Assembly (NCBI GenBank): GCA_964016885.1
Contig: OZ024742.1
Span: forward strand, 235,228,001-235,292,000
Reading direction: 5' to 3'
Length of the DNA stretch: 64,000 nucleotides
From: Eledone cirrhosa
Taxonomy: Eukaryota
The position numbers and the translations under genes were made by a program. The notes beneath the pieces are model-generated. The model saw only the letters and a program-made list of their open reading frames with translations. It did no database searches and was not told where the DNA came from. The stretch's first letter is position 1. Every line of letters starts with the position of its first letter. Positions 1-15,200 of the stretch are shown here, one piece after another.

Positions 1-1
1 G

Positions 2-226
2 TTAGAAGATGTGTGATCCATAACCAAATCTCTGTTTTATGCGTGCCCAATAGTTCTGACTCCACCCGTCTTGTGTATATTCATATTCTTTCTTTGGTAT
101 TCCTGTCTGAGTAAGATGTAACATGGTAGCATCACCCTTTTCTTCAAATTCTAATGTCACATGAGAAAAATGATCCTTTGGCCAGTTTTTTAAACGCCAT
201 TTCTGAACTATCTTTTTGTTAGGAAC
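2..226 (-). CDS. AHSA1: AHSA1 coding exon 9 (terminal)
   Basis: tttcag|VPNKKIVQKWRLKNWPKDHFS...GWSQNYWARIKQRFGYGSHIF, TAA at 4-2. Confidence 0.95.
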   Translation of the reverse strand, partial: VPNKKIVQKWRLKNWPKDHFSHVTLEFEEKGDATMLHLTQTGIPKKEYEYTQDGWSQNYWARIKQRFGYGSHIF

Positions 227-3200
227 CTGAAAATATATAATAAATAAAACTGAAGAAATATATTGCAAAAATTATTGGGAATGAAAGTTTTTCTTTATAT
301 TCACCTTTTTAACCCCTTTGTGACCATATTTTTAATGAAATACATTGTATTCTAAATAATTTAAGAGAGTTAACATTTGTTTTATTAATTCAAAACTTCA
401 GAAAAAAGGGGAGGAGGAGCAAACTTTACAATCTGAACTAGATGGTGTATCTCAGCTGTGCCCTGTGGACATGAAGGCAAAAGCATTGTCACAAAAACAG
501 CCAGTGAAACCTGCTGCCTCAAGTGGGATGCCCACCTCCCCATCTTGCAAACGAAAATGGCAGTCCAGGAACCAAGAACACTGAAAATCTTGATGCCAAC
601 CAGCACAAATAATGAAGAATTTGGAGGGATTTACTAAAATCATTAATTATTTCATTATTAAGACCCTACCTCATCCTCCCTCTCCGTCTACTGTGCCGAT
701 GGCACAAGGTGGCCGTGTAGGAAACACGGTGAAAAGACTCCCAGTCCACACTGTAAATGTGGTTGGTGTTAGGATGGGCATCCAGCTGTAAAAAAAAAAA
801 AAAAACCCCGGCCAGAGACGCTTCCGTGCGAGCTAGACATGGTCTCCCGACCATTCCCACATCAAATGGAACAAAACCGTCTAACTCATGCTAGCATGGA
901 AGATGGATGTATGATGATGATGATGATGATAAGACAGTACTTATAACCTAACTTAACAAAAGGTTCTTGTATCAAATTATGTTGAAAGATTTTAATTTAA
1001 ATTGGAATCCTTGAAAATGGATGGTTTTGTTTTATAAAACCAAAGGTAGTTTTGGGTGGGCTGGTATTACTTTCACACACACCCTTTAACTTTTCAATAT
1101 GTTATTCACTGAATATGGAATTGTAGTTACTGCAGCTCACAAGAAATTTCTTGAGTTTTTTAATGATCGGGGTAACAGTACTACCATGAAAAGACTCCTC
1201 CCTGGACCAAACATAAGTTTGTTGCAGGGGTCAACCCCAAATGCTGCTGGTACACATTTTTTCAGAGAACTGGTGTAGCATACTCAAAAATACAATTCAT
1301 CACCTAGTCCGGGAATCGAACCCATGACCATACAATCATGGGTCTAAAACCTTAACAACAAGGTTACATGCCTTCACTTGATTTCTTGTCATTCTTAATC
1401 AGTCAGGCTATAAAGATCAATAAAATGTGATCATTACATAATCATCTATTCTTTAGTGTTATACATATATTGCACCTATCATTGGTATGAAATCGTCTGA
1501 AACTGACAGTGGTTTTACAATATAAAATTGTTTTAAAGTGTTTATATATATCTAAAAATATTCCATCATCACTTTACATTAGAGAACCATTAAATTATGC
1601 TTAATAATGAGAAAGTTATTTATATTACGAAATCCTTTCAGATACTTTGAAAATCATAGCAATGTCTTCCATTAGAAATATAGCAATGAAAAGGAAAATC
1701 ATACAACTCCCCAATATTAATCAACATCACGGCCTTTTAATATCTATTTTCCATGCTGGTATGGGTTAGTTTGGAATAGTTTCTACAATTGGACATCCTT
1801 ATGTAAACTACAGCATATACTGGGTGCATTATATTGTGGCACTAGCAGTGTGTCTTAGCCATCATTTTACAAGTTTTTCCATGTTTACATATAAAACAAC
1901 ATACAGAATTTATTATAATCAATATCATTAACTCAAAGTAAAATGTAAATACTTTTTTACTTACAGTTTCAATAAATGTTCCAGTTACAAATCCTGAATA
2001 CAATGCAAATTCTCCAAGTTCTTCAACTTTACATACCACATTTCCACCACTAAATGCTGACATCAACTGGTATTTTAAAAAGGAAATATATCAATTTTGT
2101 AAAATTAAATTTGATACACAATATTCTTTTGTTAGAAATAGTTTGCTTAACTCTTAATATCCTGTAATGATTTAGCAGAAAATATATAAAATCAGGTTTG
2201 TTAATTCAAATGTTTATATCTTTTTTTATTAGTAGTTGTGAACATTTGCAGTAAACTAGAGTAAAAACTTCTATTTTGATACATTCAGTGTTACTTTTTA
2301 CCTAATTTTCTAAAAATATATTAATACTAAATTATTAGTATCATCTTCACAATCATCATGCATCGAGTGAAGTTACTGCTCTGTTAGACAGGTCAGTGAT
2401 CAGGTTTCACTTGTATTTTGGTGAATTTTTTAAAAACTAGATGCCCTTCCTAAAACCAAATATTTTACAGAGTGCATAAGTTGTACTTTCTCATGGTACC
2501 AACACTAGAATAGCTGTTATGCCACCATGCTTGAGCAGACCTCACCCAACGCATACCAGCAGAGTAAAATGGAGCTGAAATCATGTTTATGACAATGACA
2601 CTAACGAATTTTCCAAATGTGATTTGTCAATTAATTTGAAAGAATACAAGAATTTTAAGGCCCTTTTTCCTGCTACAGTTTAGCTTTAAGGCACTTCATG
2701 ATAGGTATCATTTTCAGGCAATGTTTTACAGCCAGATGTCATTCTTGGCACAAACTGTTTTAGTGACCTTACAATGTTAGCATGGAAGATGGACGTTAAA
2801 CGAAGAAGATGATGATGATGATGACAACATACTGAGATACAGTCTAGACCAGAAAGAAGAAATAAGTAATAAAAATGATTTTAAAATATATATATATACA
2901 AGGAAAAATATATACCTCAGGTACAGTGAATACACGATAAAGATCTGCAGCGGAACAAACAAACTCCTCTTTTGTCACCAGTTTCATGCAATCAAAGTTG
3001 GCATCACCCACTTTTTTTATTTCATTTCCATTAATTGCTTTATTCATTTCTCGTTTTACATTATTCTGTAAATATATTCAGCAAATAAAAATGTTATAGA
3101 CAGCTGAAAAAAACCTTGTACTTAGGTTACTTACACACATACATACAAGTTAATTTTAGGTTTAATTAATACATATAAAATATATAGCGATAATGTTTCT

Positions 3201-6200
3201 CAGTAAAAAGCTCAATAAACTTCTGTTCAGAGCATCAATAGTATAATAATTTTGTAAACGATATATACATGGATACTTCAATTGAGAAACAAACTAATAT
3301 TTTATACATATATAGCAAGTGATATACTCCCGTTTTGTCTAGCCTTCTATAAAACGTTATATCTACACCACGCAGAGATTATTTAAATATATTCTTCCAA
3401 GGGGAGATGACTAGTATTTTAATGCAGCGTGAGAGATATATTTGAGCAAAGACCTAAACATACTGACGAAGGGAATCATGGTCTTAATGATATTAAACCA
3501 AATTCGACAATTGGTGATTGATACTAATTACTGTAATCGATGGTGAACTTTTTATTTCTCTACGATTCTTTGAAACAGGCCTGTCTATATAAGTACAGCA
3601 CTATGTTTTAAATTTGTATTTAAATCTACATATCTGTAGATGTGGTTGGTGTTAGGAAGGGCATCCAACTGTAGAAAACCAGCCAGACAGTCCTATGCGA
3701 GCAAGACAATCACTCTTGCCTCTAGTGGGAATACCCCCGTCCAAACCCATGCAAGCGTGGAACACAGACGTTAAACGTTGATGATGATGATGATGATGAT
3801 GATGATATCATTTGCACTATATATGTGTATAAAATACTAGTTTTGTTTCAATTCATATATCTACATATATATTGTTTACAAATATATTTACAGCTATATC
3901 TGTGACTCAAGGGCTTGGAGTTTCATGTGACTTATCAAACATGAAACTCCAGGCTCTTGAGTCATAGCTATAATAAAGTATATATCACTTTACTCATGAA
4001 CTGAGCTTTGTTTCTGATAGTTATTCAACCAAGCCAATATAAAATGTTATATATATAACAAAACAACTCAATTCTTATAAACAATATATGTAAGTTTTCC
4101 TCTCTCCATTACATAACTTAAATAACAATTACATAGTGGGGGAGTCATTTTAGCCATTTAAAAATACAAAATAACTTTAGCTTACATTAATCTTTATTTC
4201 CTAGTGTCAAAATGTTTGCCCTACTGTTTGCGACCGAGTTACTGACACCAAGATATAAATGATAAATGTAAAGTGAAGTTAACCCTTCTTGTGTATTTTT
4301 TTTAAATAGTTAAAATTACTCTTTCACAATGTAATTGCTTTAGTTTCAACACACCATCTCAGATGAAGTCCTTTGCCAGACAAGTATAATAATGTAATAG
4401 CTTCAATAATTTGAGAAATGGCTGAATCTGTGGAAGAACTAGAGAATATATTCCAGCTGTAGAAATAGAACTTAGAATCAAAAGGGTTGAGAGTAAACCA
4501 AAGTGTTAATAAGTAGGAAAGAAGACAAGGCCCTGATCCCATCAGGTAAGTGGCATTGCTCAATATGTACAAAAAGAGTAGGCATAAACTCTATAAGATG
4601 TACACAATGCAAATGTAGGGTACATGTAGTGGGATAGGAAGTAGGCTAACAGGAAAGGAAGACTTTGTATGAAATAGTTGGTATCTATGAATTTTTGAAA
4701 ATATTTAAATCTAACTTGTACTATACTTTTTCTTGGAGAGCATCCAAAAAGAAACCTTTTGATACCCATTTGTGAAATTTGGATGAATAGTTTAGGAAAT
4801 ATGACAATTTGAATAGTCAGTGAATTGGTCAAAATCTTGCCTAATTAGGCCTAATGAATAATTAGCCATATTTGTGATGTTATATCTTTGAAACTGAGGT
4901 AATAATCATCTTCAAATTATGCAAATTGTGTCTATAGGATAGCAGTTATCTATTTATTCAGGTTATTTAAAATTAATTTTTTTGGCAATTTTTTAAAATA
5001 TTTATGTAAAACCTATTTTGTTGCCTGTAACACAGTCAATTTTGCAACCCAATGACTGGCACAGCACTACAACCGTAATTGCTACAAGGGCAAAGGTGAT
5101 GCCCTAGAGAGGAGCAACTATAGAGGAATAAAACTAATGGACCAAGTTATGAAAGTGATAGAAAAAGTTATAGCACAACTAATTAGAGAAAGATTCAAAT
5201 TAGATGAGATGCAGTTTGGTTTCATGTCTGGGGAAAATACTACCAGACGCCCTCTTTTTAGTGAGGCAACTACAAGAAAAGCTCTTAGCCAAAGATAAGC
5301 CCTTATACCTAGCTTTTGTTGACCTAGAAAAAAGCATTTGTCAGAGTATCCAAATCTATTATCTGGTGGTTCTTAAGGAAAATAGGTGTAAAAGAATGGT
5401 TGTATGGAATATATTGCAATAGTAGATGTTTAGGGGCAATAGTAAGAGTATTAATGATACACTCTTTAAATCCCAGGTAGGACCCACAGAAATGATTTAT
5501 AGCTTCTGCTATCTAGGTAATCTAATTAGCAGTGGAGGGAGGTGCTCTGAGAGCATAGTAGCTAGAATAAGAACAAGATGGAAAAGGTACAAAGAGCTAC
5601 TACTCTTGTTGACAAAAAGTTTCTCCTTTCAAACGAAAGGTTGACTGTGAAGTGCGAAGCTGCATAATAGTAAGAAATGAGCAGTGACTGCAGAGGATAT
5701 ACAATGGCTGAAGAGAAATGAAACAGGCATGCTTTGATGGTTGTAAAATGTTAATGTGCGTGAATGGTAAAGCATGGATGAACTGAGATGGAAATTAGGT
5801 ATAAGAAGAATCAGATGTAGTGTGCAAAAGAGAAGACTGTTCTGATATGGACATGTGATATGTATGGATGATGATTGCTGGGTGAAGAGGTACTAAGAAA
5901 TCCCAGTGGACGGAAGCCACAATAGTGGAACACCAGGGAAAGCAATGAGTGGCAAGATGCAGAGCTGAAAAAAAGACCCATCCAACCTATGCACTCAGTT
6001 GTAAAATGACGATGATGGTGATGACGATATGTTATTAAATATGAATACATACTGGAACAGGGGCTTTCTGGTGTTTGCTATCAATCTTATCTTTTGTAGG
6101 TAAAATGATTCCTTGACTGTACTCTGAATGAAAAAGAAAAGTCCATTAAAATTAGAATTATGCAGGTAGCTTTAAAATCTTTGTTGTTTTATATGTTTTC

Positions 6201-9200
6201 CTATCCAAATAATAGTGTGGTGGCTTTTGACAAATTACGATATACATACCAACAGAACAATTATTTTTATAGCTGCAAGCTCTCTCTCTCTACTGTTAAC
6301 CACTACAGAATAACAAGTGTTTTATAACCATCTTTCATGCTAAAGCCAGGGTTAGTCTTGTAGGCCCCATGAGGTTCTTTTTGATGCAATGTTTTATAGC
6401 TTGATGCCCATCCTGGTGCTAACCCTTTCAGTTACCTCTTACTACACACAGAGTTACAGTGTACTCTAATATTATGAAATAGCAGACATCCACGAGATGT
6501 TCCTATAATGACTAGCTAACAACTGATTTAGGAATCAGTTGAAAAGATAGAAAAATGTGTTAGGTCCATGCAGGGTGGTGGAGAGCCAATCAAATATTTT
6601 GTGATTGTTCAGTCTAAACACCAGGCACTTATTGTTACCACTTACTTCATCATCATCATTTTATATTCATTTCTCATACTGGTATGGGTTGAACAGGTTA
6701 CCATGGTCTGAGACACCTCATCTAGCTCATACATTTCATATTTGGCATGGTTTCCATAGCTGAATGTCCTTCTTAATGCCAACTACCTTAAAGAGTGTAC
6801 TGGATACATCATATCTTGGCACCAGCACTACCATTTTACAAAATGTAGTGACACCAGCACTAGAAAGATTGACATATGCTAAAAAATGTTGGAAAACCTC
6901 TCACACCCTATAATATCTCCATTTCATCACCATCCATTTTACAGAGTATACTGGGTGCACTTTATCAAATAATAAATTTGATAAACAAATGAAAAATTAA
7001 CTATAAATAACTAACAAAAAAATAGTGAATAAGATTATTTACTATTAATCTCAAACATTTTCTTAATATTTACATCTATAACTGTTCTGATCGGTTTAAT
7101 CTCTGACAATATTTACTTTGATGTGATATAAATACCAACCATACGAACATACACACAATGCATTTCCTATCTTTAATCATTTCAATATGTCAATAATCAA
7201 CATAAACTATAGGGTTTCTCTTATGCAAACCATTAATTTATCCAAATGCAAATTTCCCAGTTTGCATGATAGTTCATATGGTATATAAATCCTAGACTCC
7301 AAAAATTAAATATGCTATTGCCATTGTGGCTCATGTACATTAGTCCAGAAATAAAATACCTGACAATGATTGGAGTTCAAACAGATTATAATGTAAATAT
7401 CCAAACATGTTCTATCTCTAAAGATAAGGTTAAATTACAGTCTCATTCACAACTTATCTCACAGATTTAGACATTTAATAAAATAATTATTTCCAGGTGT
7501 ACAATTACTGTACAAGAACATGCTACATTTCTATTTGGAATAGGCAAGAGAAGCTGTCTTTCTCCATTGAAAATAGGCGAAAGAGGCTGTATTTGTTTCA
7601 AGTTAGAAAGAGGAGCATAAATGTTTTTAGTTTTAAACAAAACATTTCTATTCAGAATGTGTATATTCTATTTAGATATGTAAATTACCTTCTTTCAAAC
7701 TTCTGATGTACTGGCCAAGCTGCTTCTGCATCTTTCGGACACCTTCAATACGCATGAATTCTTTCACTTTGTAAGCTTCATCTCCATTATCTTCAACAGA
7801 TATATTTATCTGCAAGAAAAGAATAGATTTTCAATTATTTATTCAAGTACAATATATGTACTGAAGATATAACATGTTCAGTACATATATTGTACTGAAA
7901 GTGGAGAATTAGCTAAGTTGTCAGAGATGTGGTTTAAATATTTCTTCCAGCTGCCTTGAAATCCTGCCATGGATAACTTTCATCTTTTTTAGGGAAGAAT
8001 AAAAAATAAAGTATCAATCATAGTGGAATTGTAACAAAATTAGATGGATACCTTATGGTATCTAATCCAGCTCCCTACACTTTGAATATAAATCCCGCAT
8101 CCTGTCACTTCTGCCAAGATTTGCTACTGGCAGATAGTAACAGTGCAATGGAAAGACCAATGGAAATATAATTTTATTGGTCCAATCTAACAAATGGCTT
8201 CTGTTCTATTTCTCACTTTACTATCATTGAGGACACACCATATCTTTATGTGGTTTTCCCAAAATATAGCCTGCCTGTAGCTTTGTGATTGATACAATGT
8301 AAAGTAATACAATAGAATAATGATAGAGCTGCATATGGTAGAGTTGATAGAGTACTAGGCAACCTGCCAAGTTTTAGAAGGTTGTATTCCATAAGAGGCA
8401 TTGCACTCTCAATGGCAATATTAATCTAAGAATAAGGTATCAAATTCCTGTTTCTTTCATATGCATGGCCATCGTGTCTCTGTGCTGCTGCTGAAGATTT
8501 CAAAAAAATGTTTTTTTTTTCCTTTTACTGGTTTTAGCCACAAGACTGGCCATGCTGGGGCACTGCCTTAAAGGGATTTAGTCAATCATATTGACTCTGG
8601 TAATTATTTTTTTCAAGTCTGCTGCATATTTTATCTGTTATTCTTACATAATCATCTGGTGCCTCTGAAATGTACATAATGGTTGTTATTTAATAAACTG
8701 AAGTATGGAAAAGTAGAACCACATCTTCATATTTATTATATATATATATAAAGGATTGAGGAGATTCCTCTGTTGTGACAAGAACATAAACTGTAGTGCT
8801 AGTACCATGATAAAATACACCCAGTACACTCTGTAGAGTGTTAGAACATATGCATGTAATCCATTGGTCAGTTTGTGAAGACTGTAACTAATTATGTACT
8901 GAACGCTAGCATTGAAAAGCAGACATTAAATGGTGATGTTGATATATGTATGTCCGCACCCTCATATCAGTATTTAGTGTAAGTTTTTGCCGCATAACTT
9001 AGCAGTTCAACAAAATGAGATCGTTAAAATAAGCATCATACTTGGAGAAAATAAGTACTGGGGACAATATGATCAACTAAATCCCTCCAAGTCAATGTAC
9101 CAGTTTGATGCAGTCTAACAACTGAAACAAATAAATGAAAAAAAAAAAAAAAAGGACTAAATATACTCACATCCAGTTCATCTTCAGTATTTTCTTCACT

Positions 9201-12200
9201 TAAATTTAGGATATCAGCTTTGCCTTTATATTTATTACAACTTGTTTTGAATTTTCCTATATATATAAAACAGAGGAAAAATAATTGCTTGTCTAGTAAA
9301 AAGCTAAAACAAATTACAAATATTTCAGTAGCGAACAAGAAAGGCCTGGATACATTTTGCCATGGCAGTACCCAGCAAAATAATAATAATTTTCAAAGAA
9401 TAAGCAATTATTTACCAGACCACTCAACCTTGATATCCCATTCATAAAAGAAAATCAACTTTGCCTTCCTGTTGTTGGCAGTAGCTTCACCTTCAAGCTT
9501 ACTCAATTCAGTTAGTTCACAGAAGTCTGAAAAAAAAAAATTCTTTTTAGTGAATCTCAATAAATTTTCAAATTTTCATGATCATTCAATACAAAAATAA
9601 CTATTAAGAAATGTTTTAACCCCCTCCTCACCCCACCCAACAATATGTTTGTTGAAAAACACTGTTGTCCTGCCCAATCACCAATGAATTAATCATGTAA
9701 ATTACAGCATATCTTTATTTCAATTATAATATAAACCAATATACCAAATTGTGTCTCTTTACGTTAATTGAAGCATAACTTAGCTAATTATTATGATGAT
9801 AATGTCCAGAATGACTACAGGCTAGAACTAGAACTAGTAAAAAAGTATATATTTTATCATGGCAGGTCAATAATTATAATAATTTGATAATTAAATATTA
9901 AAATTTACTAATACATAATTGGCAATTAGTCAAGTCTATTCAAACATTTGAAAAGAAAATTTAAAATAAATTGTTCAGCAGAAATGTGATAGGTATATAT
10001 AAGATGTGACTACAAGATAATCTTTTGTGATGACTAAAACTATGCATGAGTGAAAAAGCAATATGCATAGTTTTTGTCATCACAAAAGATCATCTGGTAT
10101 TCACATCTTATATATACCTATCACATTTCTGCTGAACAATCTTTTAAAAATTCCCTTTTCAAGTGTTTGAAAAAAAAAAAAAACTATAAACCACATGAAA
10201 ATAATATTAACATAATTGAGTAAACATTTGACTAATTGCCACAGAGGTCACAATGCTGCTCATTAAATGAAGACAATATAAGGTTTAATAGGATCCTTCA
10301 GTCTCGATGAGCATCTCTAGTTATGGTGCCATGATAGAATGCATCCAGTACACTCTGTAAGGTAATTAGCATTAGGAAGGGCATTCAGCTGTAGTAACCA
10401 TGCCAAATATGGAATGTATGAACAAGATGAGATCACTCGGATTGTGACAATCATCCAACCTATGCTAATAGGGAAACTGGACATAAAATGACAATGAAAC
10501 TGAAGGTTGTAATTAAGCAAAAACATAAAAAGAAAAACATTCAATGTGGAGAAATAAAATATATCCTGTTTACAAGTTTGTTTAACTGTGTGTATTCAGA
10601 ATAGGTGCACTTTATCTTTGTCTTTCATATAGAGACTAGGAGTGTTGGCACTACGAAGGGCATCCACCAACTAAACACTGCTTCAAAAAGGACCCCATAA
10701 TGAATATGAAACCTGCTGCGAGGCCTGCAAGACTAACCCTTACTTGGCTTAAAAACGCTTCTTGTTGTGTTCTAGTAAACAGAAAGGAAACATATCAGAA
10801 TGATTTAAGAAGCAATATCAACATTACTAAGTAAACAGACAAATCCCTTAAACCACAATAAAATAGGATTTTATTTACCTAGTAAAGGTAGGCTAAGGAA
10901 AACTTGGGTAGAAGTGGTGAGAGAAAATCTCAGAATGCTGAAACTCACAAATGAGATGACAAAAGAAAGAGATAAGTGGAGTGACGCTGTGCTGGAAAGG
11001 AATAGTTTAACCCATATAACCCTGGAAAAACAGATATGATGATAAGAATAATGTCTAGTAAAATGATTCACAGAAGTGATAATGGATCTAAAGAATATAT
11101 TCAGGAAGCAATAGGATTTGTTAATGTTATTTATAACCCTGGTCATGACTATTTTAGCACAGAAGGATCCCATAATAAGTATGAAACTTGTTGGGGGGGC
11201 CTGCAAGGCTAACCAACCCTTAATTGGCAGGGAAATATAATTTTAAAATGAATCGCAATGCAAAAAGTTGTATATAGATTAATTAAAACCTTACCCAGAA
11301 AAAGAAAAAAAAAGAAGAAAAGAGTATGTCATCAATCTGAACCAAGGAAACTATTTTAACATTAGACATTCTATTGCTGTTATTATCTGTCAGTCACAAC
11401 TCCTAGCAAAAGAATCACCACTTTTCCAATAACAAAATTTAAACTCAGAACACATAGAGCTAGAACATATTGCAAAGGATCCTGCCCAAGTATTTAATGA
11501 TTCTACCAATTCAATGCCTCCTAGATTAGTACTTTATTAACACCCCAAATGACTAAAGGTAAAGTTGCCAGAACCATGTATTTTATCTGACACACTGCCA
11601 ATTCACCTCACTGTAACCAATTGAACTACCAGCAAAATGTCATTACCTAAAAGAAAATGCTCAAAAGAGACAAAGAAATAAACTCACTTAGGCATAGCCA
11701 TAGCCATTTCAGTATAGAGAAAAGGATTAGGAATAAAATCATTCCAATAAGAGACATACAGTAGTAATTAACATTAGTTAGTAAAGTTTGTTACATTTAA
11801 AGTGGCAAACTGGAACTTTAGAAAACTTTATATTTGTTATACAAAGTATATTTTCACAAGAGACACATATTAGATGGGTGTATATAGTAACTTCACAATT
11901 AACATAGTTCAAATAGCACTCTAATCAAATTAGCATGGTTTATAAATTGATACCAAATCTCAAAATGTGTATTATATATATATATACACACACACACACT
12001 GTGGACAAGGTTGATACCTGAGTATTTAGTACCCAGCCTAGCCCTACAATGTGTGTTCCCTTTTCCCAATTAAAATAATTTTATCAGTTTGGCAAGGTGA
12101 CAAACCTTATTTTTGGCACTTGACTCCACAATTGAAATTACAAAGCCTGCATTTTCCACAATACAGCTCACGCTCGCCCATGCTAAATTACGTGACAGGT

Positions 12201-15200
12201 CATAACACCACACATACTTCTCCACTACTTTGGATGTTTCCACAATGCTGCTACATGACAAATATGTTTAGCAATTAATTTATTAACCACAAGAAATTAT
12301 TATATATTTTATTCAATTATACATGTTTGTATAAAACTGTGATTCTTTACATCGTAGGTTGTTACTTAGTTTAACGAGACTTGACAGTAGACAGACGTTG
12401 TAGAGAGCAACTTAACACTTTCGTTGCCATATTTTTTATGAAAAACACTCAATAATATAACTAACTTTCTCAAAACCTCCAACAGTAGCAGTAGTTGTAT
12501 GGCAGCTATTTAAATTCTAACTTCTTTGTTTTTATGCAACTGTCTCTATATAAAATGGAAAGACTTACTTTGAATAGGACAGTAGTATATACCAAAACAG
12601 AATACACAATCTAACCTTAATAACTATGATTATATAAAAAAAAAAGACTGACAAAAAAGTTCTGGTGTCAGCAAGAGGACAAATGTGTTAACTCTAGATG
12701 ATAACCTGGAAGTTATAAAATGACATCAATGAGAAAATGAGGGTGAGATTTGTGAATGAATGAAATAACACTGTGAACAATAATAAAAAAACATATAAAC
12801 ATATGATTATAATTGTTTCTACTTTTGGCACAAGGCCAGCAATTATCCAGTGCACTACTGGTACTTTATTTTATCGACCCCGTAAGGATGAAAGGCAAAG
12901 TTAACCTCGACGGGATTTGAACTCAGACCGTAAAGGGACGTAACTATGCTGGAAAGCATGGCGTCCAACCCTCTACCGATACTGCCAATTTCAAGTCCCT
13001 AAGAACAAGGAACAGAAACATTATCATGATTAAAATGGGGGTATGATTTGTTTTTTTAATGAAAGATTGCAATCAAAAATAAATTCCCCTATGCACCATG
13101 ACTACTAAAATGAGAGTTTTAAGCAATTTCTCTGCAATCAATGAAAATGAAATTCTAGCAAATGCCGGAGTAACTTCTGTTGTTAGTTTTCAAAAAATAA
13201 GAGTAATCAAAGAATTGTGACAATTTTGATGAAACAGGCCTACTCTAGAAAAGAATACCTTCAAAAATATTTTTGAAGATAGACCAGCTTAATAGTGAGA
13301 AAGTTATTTTTACTAAATGTTAGCATATACTTGATAAAATTATAATGAATATCTTTTAATAAAACTATGGTAATGAAAGAGCTATAATTGGGAAAAAATG
13401 CCTGTGTATTGTGCACAAAATCCCAGAGCTCTGAAATGGAATAACAGACAAAACCAATATTTTGATGCTTTAATAAAAAACATGGCCGACCAAGGCATGT
13501 TTTGAAGGTTATTCCACAGCATTTAGTAATAGATGTTAAAATGTGAAAGCCATTTTTCTCCCAAACATAACATCCCCTTTTCTTTATGTTCAATAAGCAA
13601 ACCATTTCCATAGAAAAAAATTAACCATGCTTATTACAGTTGTACTGTAATATTAACCATTTGGATACCAAAGTGCTCCCTGTTTTGGGATACAAAACCA
13701 TTATAAAGTGTTTATTTATCTAAACACCATCTATCGTAATTTTATGTAAGAACCTTTATTAACACTTACTGCGTCAGCAAAATATTCTTGAAAAGTACAA
13801 AATAACACTATGACTACATCAGATTAAAGGTTAAAGTCTTTATTTTACTGCAAATTTTCAAAACAATCTCAATCCTAGTAAAGTAACTACAATCATTTGA
13901 ATTAACAAACTCATTGTTATATATTTTCTGCTAAAATCATTACAGGATGTAAATAGTTATGTTCCAAACACTAGCTTAATAATGAAAAAGTTAGTTGTTT
14001 TACTAAATCCCTCCAAATTCTTTAATTATTCAAAAATCATAAGCAGTGTATTTTATTAGAAATATGGTAACAAAAAGTTAATGAGACATTGTACAAAATT
14101 GAAATGTAAGAGTTTCAAAAGCTAAGAATCAATAAGATGAATCTACTGTGCATAAAACAGTTTAATGCTACTAATATACATTTACTCCCTTTCTTGTTAA
14201 TGAAACATGTCTTTAGTTTGTGAAAAATATTTATCTGAATTCTTTTCAGAGCTCATAAAAAATATTAAAAAACTTTAACTTTCAAAAATCTAATTGAAAT
14301 GAACATTTCAATTTCAGATTTAAATAGAAACTCGTTTACATCAATAAAAAAATATTTACAACCTGTAGAAAATGCACTTTAAAAATTGCATCAGTATAAT
14401 ACATGACTGTCTCACACACACACTCATATAAATTAATTAACTTTTCCTAACATTTAATAGTTAAGCATTCCATTGTCTATGTAGCTAAGACCAATTACCA
14501 AATTGCTAGGCTTCAAATTCACAATGAAGGATATACAAACATATTATAGAGTTTGCAAACATACTATGACATTGGCAAGGACAGAATTAATGAGAGAGGG
14601 AAAGAAGAATTCAATATCTAAGTAAAATAGGAAGTGCTTAAAAAATAAAGACTGACCAGTGATATTTAGTGACATAAGTCGTCACTTAGTCAATTAGTTT
14701 TTCACTCTGGTCTGGTAAAGGTTGCTACAAATAAAAAAGAGAAAAGCTCACCCATAGAAAAATAAGAATGAATATATATCAATAACTATATTCTACTAGT
14801 AACTGGTCATCAAAAATAGTCATTTTACACTATTAAAAGAAATTCTTTTTAAATATTGGTTATAATTATATTTCTTTGGGGAGAGTATATAGTAGCAACT
14901 TATGTTAATATGTTGGGTGCAGGCATGGCTGAGTGATTAAGAAGTTCACTTCACCATCACAATGTTTCAGGTTTTACATGGAAGCTATGTTAAAGACACT
15001 TAGGCAAGTGAAACTAGGCAGATAGAAATTGTTTGAAAACTCATTGGATGGATTAAACCCATAGTTCAAAAGTCCAACCATTTCACATCACATATTGTGT
15101 CACTGATTCAGCTTGGGAATTATGTTAAAGATATATGTATCTGTGGAATACTCAATCACTTGCACATAAATTTATAAGTCAGTGGATTGAACAACTGAAT

